Shown: in pieces, positions 24,713-31,847 of the stretch
How the letters are laid out: each line of letters begins with the position of its first letter
Position numbering within the stretch: position 1 is the stretch's first letter
Assembly: GCA_036389875.1 (NCBI GenBank)
Contig: DASVVZ010000256.1
Span: forward strand, 1 to 57,245
Direction of reading: 5' to 3'
DNA length: 57,245 nucleotides
Source of the DNA: Pyrinomonadaceae bacterium
Lineage (GTDB): Bacteria > Acidobacteriota > Blastocatellia > Pyrinomonadales > Pyrinomonadaceae
Program-made: the position numbers and the translations under genes
Notes under the pieces: model-generated
Databases searched by the model: none
Told to the model about the DNA's origin: nothing
The model's input: only the letters and a program-made list of their open reading frames with translations

Positions 24713-27700
24713 AGCTCAGGTCCTCATCTCTTTCTTCCATGTCGTACATTTTTGCAGCAAGCTCCTCGAAGAAATCATCCTTGCTGCTAGCCAGCGCCTT
24801 CTCGGCTGCCGCCTGAGCCAGCTCTTGCAACTGCTGTGGGCTCAAGTTACTGCCCATCACCTGCACGGTGATGGAAGGCGCGAAAGTAACGGGACCAAAA
24901 GCCATAGAAGCAGGAGGGGGTGCAGAAGCGCGGACATAACTGCCGCCATCCTGTGCGCTGCTGACAGCCAGGTTGCGCAAAGCCTCTACGTCCTGAAGCC
25001 AGTCACCCGGGCTCCGGCGCGACAGACTGGCAGGAAATACTTGATTTCTATTTCCGTCTGCATTAAGAGTGCGAGTGTATGCAACGTATTTCTGTAGCTC
25101 ATTATTCGGAGTAACGAATCCGTTAGCGTTAGGCGTAAATAGCTCTACACCGCGCTCGCCTCCGATGTAGTCCACACCTTTAAGCACGCGCCCACCTTTA
25201 GCGAAGTAGCCGCCGAAAGGTCTAACGTTCGGCGTGTTGCCTGTCTGATTTGAAGGTGTCGGAAAAGCGGGGAATGTTGGCCGTTCTATAACAATGGAAT
25301 TTACTTTATCAGCGAGATTCTGAGCAGCAGAAGAGACGTTCTTGAATGCAGGCGGAATCTTATTAGCGGGGTCAATGCACTGGCCGAAAGCGTCTGCGGT
25401 CTGCTTGGCAGGCTCGGCTATGTTTAATATGCTTTGTGCGAAACCTCCCATTACAGAATTATCAAGGGACGGTTTAGCTGGTATCTGTACGCTTGCAAAT
25501 ACGCTCTCTATAGCACGTTGTAGATTAGCTTGGCCTTCGGGCGATAAGCCTATCTTCGGAAGCTCAGTCTGTATAAAGCTCTGGCGAACTTCTGGAATAG
25601 CAAGTTGAGGCGCGAACCTTTGAAGCATCTCTTTGTCTGTAGCTAAAGGCTGATTGCCATAGAAGGGCCGCGCTAATCTGCGATAAAGAGTATTTTCAAA
25701 TTCTGTTGCTGTGAACGTTCCCCTTGCTCTGCTCAGTTCGCCGCCGCGCATAAGAGACTCACGAACAGAGCGAGCAGATACGGAATAGTCAACTACGTCG
25801 CCTTTCTGCCGTCTCTGATTGATAGTGTTGTAATCAAGAGTTGCGCCCTGTTCTCTTCTTAACTGCTCTCTATACGCTTGCACGTTTTTGTAACTGGCGA
25901 ACGCGCCTCCAGCTATCGCCGCAATACTCATAGTCACGGGGTTGGTAGCAAGGCCAGCAGCACCAACCGCGCCCCTGCCTATCAAGCTTGCTCCGCCCGC
26001 AGCTACTTCCGAGTTGATGCCTCCGCCGCCGCTTCCACCGCGTAGCATACCGTTGAAAAGGCCAACTCCGTCTGCGGCCTCCGCGCTCGCTTTACCTAGA
26101 GACAAAAGACCAATCATAGCGGCGGACATGGCCGGATTGTCTGAAGAGGTTGCTTGTAGGCTCTTGATTTGATTTGATAGCTGCTCTGCTACGTTTCCGC
26201 CTAATGTCATAACGGGTGCGCCAGCCGCAGCCCTTGCATTCGTTTGTGAGGCTGTAAATTCTAAGAATTGTCCGAGCGGGTTTCCCCTCTCGAACATCTG
26301 ATTATAAAAGCCCTCAACATTAGGCACGCGCACATAATTCTCAGTCTCTTTCGACAACTGCCTACGCATGAGCATCATCTGCGCTACTTCACGCTTTGCC
26401 GTGCGGTTGCCGAACATCACTTCTAATTGCTTGGCTACAGCTTCTACGTTCGTAGTGTCAACGCCCTTTCTATCGAAAGCGGCCATCAACTTGTCTGTGA
26501 AGGTAAACGGGTCTCTTCCCATGTCGTTACTTATAGGAATAGCCCCGGGAAGCAGGCGCGAAATCTCGCCACGTCTATTGAACTCAACTTTTGAGCGGTC
26601 AAGCAATCCCATTTCGCCCCAATACTTGAGCTTGTGAGCAGGGATTTGACCGCCAACAACAGCGCTATAAAGTGAAGTGAGAGCAGTACCCGCAGCCTTG
26701 CCGCCCATCTGCTGAATGAGTGGCATAAACTTCATAAGCCCTTCGGGGGACATCTGCATGCCTACAATCTGACCTTGCTTGATAAAATTGCGAAACTCAG
26801 AAGGATTTACTTCTCCACCTGTTGCCAGATTCGTCTGCGCTATGAGATTCAAAAACTGTTTGGCTGTATTAGTGTCAATGTCTTTACCCATTAACTCAAC
26901 AGCCTTCACCGCGTCAGAAAATGCTTTGATAGACTGCTCTCGCCCTACTCTGTCACCGTTAAGCGCTTCGGTTGCCGCAACGAATCTTGAAGCTTGAGGC
27001 AATAACGCTATAGCCTCATTAACGCTTCCCATAGTGCCTGTAAGGTTCGTGAGTAGTTCTGTCGCGTCTACTTGACGCACGCCCCTTATTTGAGATGTGA
27101 CCTGTTCCACAGCTTGCAACCCTCTGGCCGTCTCAGCTTGTGGATAGTTGAGAAGTTGAAAGCGGGTCTGTGCGCGTTTGAGTTCAAGGGCAGGGTCAAC
27201 GAATCCACCCCTTACCATGTCGTAAGTGCGCTCTGCTACATAGCCTACGTTGCGGGCAGTCCGCACGCCCCTGTTAAATCTGTCTACGTTGTCGTAGTCG
27301 CCGGATGCGCGCCTCCCCCTGCGGCCTGTGCGGCCTGTCGCTCTAGCCGCTTCACGCTCTAAACGTGCGCGCTCTCTTAGTAGCTTTATGTCTGCTATCT
27401 CTGCTGAGCGCTGCGCGCCAGTGGCCCGCGCTTTGGTTTGAGTAAGCCTAGCCTGCTCACGCTCTAAACGAACGCGGTCTTGCATCAGCTTGACTTGCTC
27501 ACGCACGGCACGAGTCTCGCGGTTTAATGCTGTAGCAGTCGCCCCGCTCTTTGGCAGACCGCTCTTAGGCACGCTGCTATTAGGCTTTAGTTTGTTGAGC
27601 GCTCTTTGAAGTGATATTGCCTCTTTATTCGCGCCGCGCAGTTGCTTAGTGAGAGCAGAGATACGCTTCTCCGCTTGGCCCTGAACCAAGAATTGAAGGA

Positions 27701-27731
27701 TAAGCTTGTGAGTTTCAGAACCTTTGCCCAT
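24711..27731 (-). CDS. Tail tape measure protein
   Basis: Largest tail-module ORF (1006 aa from the ATG at 27731). Helical, Ala/Gly/Gln-rich, with a charged coiled-coil N-terminus and a Gly-rich patch GGSGGGGINSEVAAGGAS. Confidence 0.85.
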   Translation of the reverse strand: MGKGSETHKLILQFLVQGQAEKRISALTKQLRGANKEAISLQRALNKLKPNSSVPKSGLPKSGATATALNRETRAVREQVKLMQDRVRLEREQARLTQTKARATGAQRSAEIADIKLLRERARLEREAARATGRTGRRGRRASGDYDNVDRFNRGVRTARNVGYVAERTYDMVRGGFVDPALELKRAQTRFQLLNYPQAETARGLQAVEQVTSQIRGVRQVDATELLTNLTGTMGSVNEAIALLPQASRFVAATEALNGDRVGREQSIKAFSDAVKAVELMGKDIDTNTAKQFLNLIAQTNLATGGEVNPSEFRNFIKQGQIVGMQMSPEGLMKFMPLIQQMGGKAAGTALTSLYSAVVGGQIPAHKLKYWGEMGLLDRSKVEFNRRGEISRLLPGAIPISNDMGRDPFTFTDKLMAAFDRKGVDTTNVEAVAKQLEVMFGNRTAKREVAQMMLMRRQLSKETENYVRVPNVEGFYNQMFERGNPLGQFLEFTASQTNARAAAGAPVMTLGGNVAEQLSNQIKSLQATSSDNPAMSAAMIGLLSLGKASAEAADGVGLFNGMLRGGSGGGGINSEVAAGGASLIGRGAVGAAGLATNPVTMSIAAIAGGAFASYKNVQAYREQLRREQGATLDYNTINQRRQKGDVVDYSVSARSVRESLMRGGELSRARGTFTATEFENTLYRRLARPFYGNQPLATDKEMLQRFAPQLAIPEVRQSFIQTELPKIGLSPEGQANLQRAIESVFASVQIPAKPSLDNSVMGGFAQSILNIAEPAKQTADAFGQCIDPANKIPPAFKNVSSAAQNLADKVNSIVIERPTFPAFPTPSNQTGNTPNVRPFGGYFAKGGRVLKGVDYIGGERGVELFTPNANGFVTPNNELQKYVAYTRTLNADGNRNQVFPASLSRRSPGDWLQDVEALRNLAVSSAQDGGSYVRASAPPPASMAFGPVTFAPSITVQVMGSNLSPQQLQELAQAAAEKALASSKDDFFEELAAKMYDMEERDEDLS

Positions 27732-27740
27732 ACAAAAAGA

Positions 27741-27774
27741 CCCGCGACTCAAAATGATTTTGAGTTAAAGCGGG
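27741..27774 (-). terminator. Terminator-like hairpin embedding a palindrome family copy (27746-27766, GACTCAAAATGATTTTGAGTT)
   Basis: CCCGC and GCGGG arms extend the palindrome. On the minus strand the stem is followed by TCTTTTTGT, directly before the tape-measure ATG. Confidence 0.55.
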
Positions 27775-27822
27775 CCTCTGGTTCGGGCCTCTATGATTTA
27801 TGGCGCTCTACTTCGGCGCTCT
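27772..27822. repeat. Four GGSSCTCT direct repeats
   Basis: GGGCCTCT at 27772 and 27785; GGCGCTCT at 27802 and 27815. Lies between the lipoprotein-like gene's stop and the hairpin. Confidence 0.4.
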
Positions 27823-27872
27823 ATGTAAAGGGGATTATAACAGAGAAGCTAATTTCGTAAAGAAAAAGTTTC

Positions 27873-28247
27873 TCACTGAAACGCTACAGCGATGTTCTCA
27901 ATTCTCCATTTATGGCTTTCCCTGGTTAACGTGATGATGCTTTTACCGCCGCATTTCCATTGAATCACAACCTCTGCGGATTCATGCACGATAGTTTCGT
28001 TTAGTATCTCAAATCCTTTATTCTCACATTCCAGATAAGTCTTGCGCGTAGCAGCCGACAGTATCCTTAAACCTGTTACCTCTTGACTCTGAGCAGCGCG
28101 TGAAGAGTAGTATTGAAGAGAGCCTTCTATATCCCCCTGCTCTAGCTTACCTGCCCAATTCTTAACAGTATCAGAAGGAGAAGAGAGCGAGCCGCAGCAG
28201 ATTAGCAAGATGCATGAGAGGGCTAACAGGGTGGGCGTGCGCGTCAT
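27873..28247 (-). CDS. Secreted/lipoprotein-like small protein (NTF2/DUF4878-like)
   Basis: Signal peptide MTRTPTLLALSCILLICCGSLSSP, then SDTVKNWAGKLEQGDIEGSLQYYS. Confidence 0.6.
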   Translation of the reverse strand: MTRTPTLLALSCILLICCGSLSSPSDTVKNWAGKLEQGDIEGSLQYYSSRAAQSQEVTGLRILSAATRKTYLECENKGFEILNETIVHESAEVVIQWKCGGKSIITLTRESHKWRIENIAVAFQ

Positions 28248-28310
28248 GCGGCAGATTGTAGCTGAAAATATTTAAGGGGCAAAGCTTACACTCTGCCCCT
28301 TCCTTGTCTT

Positions 28311-28475
28311 GCCATGCCTCGCCTCACCATGCGATGCCCAGCCTGCCCACGCCACGCCTCAAAAACCTTAGAAATAATAGCGCGGGATAATAACCATGCC
28401 ATGCCTGCCAAGCCCTGCCCAGCCCGTCCGGGCCAAGCCGTACCATCCCTTGCCCCGCCGCACCAAGCCCTACCT
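28311..28475. repeat. Two blocks with CC dinucleotides at strict 5-nt periodicity (28311-28360, 10 units; 28406-28475, 14 units)
   Basis: gccat gcctc gcctc accat gcgat gccca gcctg cccac gccac gcctc, and tgcca agccc tgccc agccc gtccg ggcca agccg tacca tccct tgccc cgccg cacca agccc tacct. Confidence 0.7.
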
Positions 28476-28490
28476 CGAAAACTTAAGACT
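28473..28490. repeat. Left arm of an 18-bp perfect inverted repeat (CCTCGAAAACTTAAGACT)
   Basis: Exact reverse complement of 30992-31009. Overlaps the stop codon of 28483-28683. Confidence 0.8.
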
Positions 28491-28683
28491 TCTTTTTACT
28501 ACCCTTCTTTGTTGAAGGTCTACCCATTTTTGGCGGCGTGAAGTTTTTAAGGTCACTATCAGGAACGACCCAGCCGCCAACTTGCTTTGCGTTTGGAAAG
28601 CGCCCCTGCCTACACCACAGTCTTACCGTGGTTTCGTCTACGTTCAGCCGCGCAGCAACTTCCGATGTAGATAGTAACTCCAT
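28483..28683 (-). CDS. Excisionase-family / MerR-like HTH DNA-binding protein
   Basis: LLSTSEVAARLNVDETTVRLWCRQGRFPNAKQVGGWVVP. Basic C-terminal tail. Confidence 0.7.
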   Translation of the reverse strand: MELLSTSEVAARLNVDETTVRLWCRQGRFPNAKQVGGWVVPDSDLKNFTPPKMGRPSTKKGSKKKS

Positions 28684-28727
28684 AGGTCAGCATATTAAGA
28701 GCAGAGCAATGTTTTGTCAACAAATAT

Positions 28728-28780
28728 TTACCGCCAGCGAGAATATTTCTATTGACAAAGTTTCTCGCTGGCGGTAAACT
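28728..28780 (+). promoter_or_regulatory. Sigma70-like promoter (TTGACA-17 nt-TAAACT) overlapped by a perfect 16-bp inverted repeat (candidate operator)
   Basis: TTACCGCCAGCGAGAA (28728-28743) pairs with TTCTCGCTGGCGGTAA (28762-28777). The -35 box is at 28752-28757 and the -10 box at 28775-28780. The GAAAGGGG Shine-Dalgarno and the ATG at 28807 follow. Confidence 0.55.
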
Positions 28781-28806
28781 TATAGACATCGAAAGGGGCG
28801 AATCAA

Positions 28807-29016
28807 ATGAGCAAACTTGAGCAGGCCAAACAAAAGCTCGGATTCATAGGCCGCACGCTTGAAAACGGCTATCTGGACTTTGACACCATAGACGAGCTAC
28901 AGCATGCGGTCTGTAGCGTCAAGCGGCTAATCACTGAGCATGAGCAGGATACGTTGCAACTGCCTTTGATAGAGGGCGCTTCTACATTGGTAGTTTATGA
29001 GCCGAGAGAGGCATAA
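28807..29016 (+). CDS. Hypothetical small protein
   Basis: 69-aa ORF with a good Shine-Dalgarno; first gene after the candidate promoter. Confidence 0.5.
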   Translation: MSKLEQAKQKLGFIGRTLENGYLDFDTIDELQHAVCSVKRLITEHEQDTLQLPLIEGASTLVVYEPREA

Positions 29017-29021
29017 GAAGC

Positions 29022-29056
29022 GGGCTTAGGAAAGCGCAGCAACGCTCCCTAAGCCC
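29022..29056 (+). terminator. Imperfect hairpin between the first and second cassette genes (attenuator/terminator candidate)
   Basis: GGGCTTAGGAAAGCG..CGCTCCCTAAGCCC. No clear T-run. Confidence 0.3.
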
Positions 29057-29087
29057 TTCACCATTCACCACTTGAGAGGGGCAAACG

Positions 29088-29333
29088 ATGAAGGGACAGA
29101 ATAACACATCCCGCAAGACAAAGACACGCGCAGAGCTTCGGGCAGAACTGGCACACGACCTTGCGTTGGTTCTCAACAATCCAGAGCTTCCAAAAGAAGT
29201 ATATGAGGGAATCACGGACGACCTGAAAGAGTTTTACAGTATGCTTTCGGGGGAAGGCCAGCGCTACATTAACGACTCAGAGGATTACATCAAACTCGTT
29301 TTAGAGGGCGGCTCTAAAGGGGGTGCGCGCTGA
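29088..29333 (+). CDS. Small protein, paralogue of 29641-29880
   Basis: Shares the basic N-terminus, RAEL...NPELP.E.Y, and the C-terminal KGGAR with the 79-aa ORF. TGATG overlap with the next gene. Confidence 0.55.
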   Translation: MKGQNNTSRKTKTRAELRAELAHDLALVLNNPELPKEVYEGITDDLKEFYSMLSGEGQRYINDSEDYIKLVLEGGSKGGAR

Positions 29334-29644
29334 TGGCTAAGAGAGGCGAAGCAATAGAATCTGGCGGCTTTACAATGCAGCCTTTCACCTCCGCTGATAT
29401 TGACTACATGGTTGAGCTAACGCGACTTGCCGTAAGCTATGAAGACGACGAAGCCACAACCGCCTTCGCACTCTTAATCGCTGGCATCGCAGCCACTGAC
29501 TTTGACCGTGAAACTCTTGCTTGTTTCATCATTGAAACTGCATTAAGCAAGTCAAGAGAAATCCATTACATGATGAGCGACTACATGAATAAGGAGAGCA
29601 AGAGACTGCGAAAAGAGTTAAATAAAGGGGGTTCGCGCTCATGA
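29333..29644 (+). CDS. Hypothetical small protein
   Basis: 103 aa ending KGGSRS. ATGA overlap with the next gene. Confidence 0.5.
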   Translation: MAKRGEAIESGGFTMQPFTSADIDYMVELTRLAVSYEDDEATTAFALLIAGIAATDFDRETLACFIIETALSKSREIHYMMSDYMNKESKRLRKELNKGGSRS

Positions 29645-29880
29645 AAAAGGTTTCCGACACAAAGCGTAAGTCTAGGGTTCAATCCCGCGCTGAACTGGCG
29701 CGGCTGCTCGCCAAAGTAATGGCACACCCTGAACTCCCCTTTGAACTCTACCACGCCATAGGAGATGAAGTTATTACTTGGATTGATAACAACGCCGCAG
29801 AAGACCCGGCTTACATCGAAACAGCACTAAACGCTTATTTTCGGAAAGTGGCGCGGAATAAGAAAGGGGGTGCGCGCTGA
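29641..29880 (+). CDS. Small protein, paralogue of 29088-29333
   Basis: See 29088-29333. The 3' end AAAGGGGGTGCGCGCTGATGGCTAAGA is identical to 29320-29346. Confidence 0.55.
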   Translation: MKKVSDTKRKSRVQSRAELARLLAKVMAHPELPFELYHAIGDEVITWIDNNAAEDPAYIETALNAYFRKVARNKKGGAR

Positions 29881-30335
29881 TGGCTAAGAAATACAACCCC
29901 TTAAACCTTCCTATTCCAGATTGGAACAAGCGGAAAATGACAAGTGTGGACTTTGAAGCTGTCTGCAAACGTGAAGGAATTACAGTAGAACGCACACGTA
30001 TGAAAGGCGACACTCGCGGCCTCTACTTCATACAGGATGGATGCTCGCACATCATCATAGACACACAGTTGAGAGGGATTAGAAGGGTACAAGTTGAGTT
30101 TCACGAATTAGGCCACTACTTCCTACGACACGAAAGAAACAAGCGGGCATTGAAGCAGATTGACCCTGATACGCATAAGTACGTAAAAGGCAGTCGCTCT
30201 CCCTTACAGGAATGGCTAGAACTTGAAGCGAATATAGTCGCCTGCATAGCAATAGCACCGGGTTTGATGGGCGCTGACGAATTACGCCATCTGGCGCTAA
30301 CCGCTACGAGAATCAACTGGCTAAAGCACAAGTAA
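29880..30335 (+). CDS. ImmA/IrrE-like (COG2856-type) zinc metallopeptidase
   Basis: HEXXH in VEFHELGHYFLRHERN. About 150 aa, a typical size. Confidence 0.65.
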   Translation: MAKKYNPLNLPIPDWNKRKMTSVDFEAVCKREGITVERTRMKGDTRGLYFIQDGCSHIIIDTQLRGIRRVQVEFHELGHYFLRHERNKRALKQIDPDTHKYVKGSRSPLQEWLELEANIVACIAIAPGLMGADELRHLALTATRINWLKHK

Positions 30336-30354
30336 ACCCAAAATATTTTGACTC
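30335..30354. promoter_or_regulatory. Degenerate palindrome family copy (AACCCAAAATATTTTGACTC)
   Basis: Three mismatches. Lies between the ImmA-like stop and the 208-aa gene's start. Confidence 0.4.
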
Positions 30355-30372
30355 AAAAAGGAGAATCTAGGC

Positions 30373-30999
30373 ATGGGAAGTAACATCACAAAAGTAAAGG
30401 TCACAATCAAAGGCGTACGGCCTTTGCTATTACATCACTTCGGCCCTGACGCGCTGCCGCTCGAAAAGCGGGAGAAGACAGGCGTAGCAGGCAACGACCC
30501 CGAAGAGTGGCGCAAGACCGCGCTCGTCAATAAGGATGGTCAAATCTACCTTGACCCTTCTTATGCTTTCGCGTGCATTAGAGACGGCGCAAAGTACACG
30601 AAGAAAGGCAAAGGCTCAATCCAAGCTGTGGTTGCCGCAACTCTTCAAGTCTTGGATGATTCTGTGTTGATAAACCGCTATCTCCCCGGCTTCCCTAATG
30701 GTCATGCTTGCGACCTTGCCAGCGCGGAAGCTCCGACGCGAGACGCTAGCGCTCCCGTTTATCTGGACGTTCGCAGCGTCAAGAACCCAAGCACGAAGGG
30801 GCGCAACGTACGCTATCGCGTGGCCTGCTCTGCCGGATGGTCAACCAGCTTCACTATCCTTTTTGATAAGACCATAGTGAGCAGGGCAGAAATGGAAGCC
30901 GTATTGAATGATGCAGGCGTGCTTGTAGGCATCGCAGACGGGCGCTCTATCGGATTCGGGCGCTTCACCGTAGAAAGCTTTGAAGAGTTAGAGTCTTAA
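30373..30999 (+). CDS. Hypothetical protein (208 aa) with a C-terminal glycine-rich loop
   Basis: Good Shine-Dalgarno (AAAGGAG). C-terminal VGIADGRSIGFGRF. No family recognised. Confidence 0.55.
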   Translation: MGSNITKVKVTIKGVRPLLLHHFGPDALPLEKREKTGVAGNDPEEWRKTALVNKDGQIYLDPSYAFACIRDGAKYTKKGKGSIQAVVAATLQVLDDSVLINRYLPGFPNGHACDLASAEAPTRDASAPVYLDVRSVKNPSTKGRNVRYRVACSAGWSTSFTILFDKTIVSRAEMEAVLNDAGVLVGIADGRSIGFGRFTVESFEELES

Positions 31000-31009
31000 G
31001 TTTTCGAGG
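30992..31009. repeat. Right arm of the 18-bp perfect inverted repeat (AGTCTTAAGTTTTCGAGG)
   Basis: Reverse complement of 28473-28490. Overlaps the stop codon of 30373-30999. Confidence 0.8.
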
Positions 31010-31072
31010 CGCGGCTCGGCTCTGCATGGATTGGCGCGGACTGGCGGGGCGAGGCAAGGCGAGGCATGGTAG
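31008..31072. repeat. GG dinucleotides at strict 5-nt periodicity (13 units)
   Basis: ggcgc ggctc ggctc tgcat ggatt ggcgc ggact ggcgg ggcga ggcaa ggcga ggcat ggtag. Mirror image of the CC tracts at 28311-28475. Confidence 0.7.
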
Positions 31073-31090
31073 GCAAGGCAAGGTTCTTTA

Positions 31091-31387
31091 ATGCCAAAGA
31101 AAAGGCAACCTAAAGAAATCTGGCGAGAGACACGACGCAGGATATTGGCGCGAGACGGCTATAGATGTGTCGGGCCAACGTGCGGCGGCGTGTCTCTCAC
31201 AGAACAGACCGCCCACATAGACCACATACGAAGCGGGAAATTAGGGACTAACGCTGACGATAACTTGAGAAGCCTATGCAGGCGATGTCACGTCCTGCGC
31301 GTTGATTTCAGGCATAGAGGAATGATTGCTAATGCTTTGAGAGATGGAATCATTCCTCCGAACTGGCGCGGGTTGGTTTGGGACTGA
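31091..31387 (+). CDS. HNH endonuclease
   Basis: CVGPTCGG...AHIDHIRSGKLGTNADDNLRSLCRRCH. Confidence 0.8.
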   Translation: MPKKRQPKEIWRETRRRILARDGYRCVGPTCGGVSLTEQTAHIDHIRSGKLGTNADDNLRSLCRRCHVLRVDFRHRGMIANALRDGIIPPNWRGLVWD

Positions 31388-31513
31388 CGATAGTACGAAG
31401 GTATTGAATCTTCCGCACTTCTCACATTTAATTTCAATACAACCAACGGTTTTAGGACTCACCTTTGCGGCAAGCCTAAAACAGTCCTTTTGATTGCATC
31501 GAAGTTTTATCAT
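31274..31513 (-). CDS. Mu Com-like zinc-finger protein
   Basis: MIKLRCNQKDCFRLAAKVSPKTVGCIEIKCEKCGRFN resembles the Mu Com motif (RC..C...L......iEIkCpRC). Its 3' part overlaps the convergent HNH gene, so the true end is uncertain. Confidence 0.45.
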   Translation of the reverse strand: MIKLRCNQKDCFRLAAKVSPKTVGCIEIKCEKCGRFNTFVLSSVPNQPAPVRRNDSISQSISNHSSMPEINAQDVTSPA

Positions 31514-31668
31514 TTTCTGTCGCTTTTTCGAGCAGGTGGAGTACGGCTAGGGACTACCTGATAATGATTCAACGATCCACAGTGAAAACACTTTTTGTAA
31601 ATACCCGGCGGAGTCCTATCTGGATACTCCGCTCTCTTTCTGCAATTACTGCAAGCCGTAACAATCAT
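31510..31668 (-). CDS. Small zinc-ribbon protein (52 aa; below the track cutoff)
   Basis: Hand translation MIVTACSNCRKRAEYPDRTPPGIYKKCFHCGSLNHYQVVPSRTPPARKSDRK. ATGA overlaps at both ends. Confidence 0.45.
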   Translation of the reverse strand: MIVTACSNCRKRAEYPDRTPPGIYKKCFHCGSLNHYQVVPSRTPPARKSDRK

Positions 31669-31847
31669 CTTCTATTGCGAGTTCTTAATGCTTTCGCTGT
31701 TTCCGCAGCATCTTCGTTGATAAAACTTACATAAGTATTACGCCTTATCACAGGCAAGGCCATAACTTCGGCTTCACTCATGCCTGTTTCCTGCATCAGC
31801 CTGTATATAGTTCGCAGGTAAGCTTTCTTCTTCTTCTCCCTCCGCAC
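31665..31847 (-). CDS. Overlapping ORF downstream of the tail chaperone (candidate frameshift extension)
   Basis: Overlaps the 3' end of 31774-32445 in the +1 frame, across a (GAA)4-A purine tract. Confidence 0.4.
   Translation of the reverse strand: MRREKKKKAYLRTIYRLMQETGMSEAEVMALPVIRRNTYVSFINEDAAETAKALRTRNRR

Noticed and set aside
28314-28541. A 75-aa ORF (MPRLTMRCPACPRHAS...) across the CC-periodic tract.
   Set aside because: The proline/alanine-rich translation is a by-product of the pentamer repeat. It overlaps the 3' end of the excisionase-like gene and has no Shine-Dalgarno.
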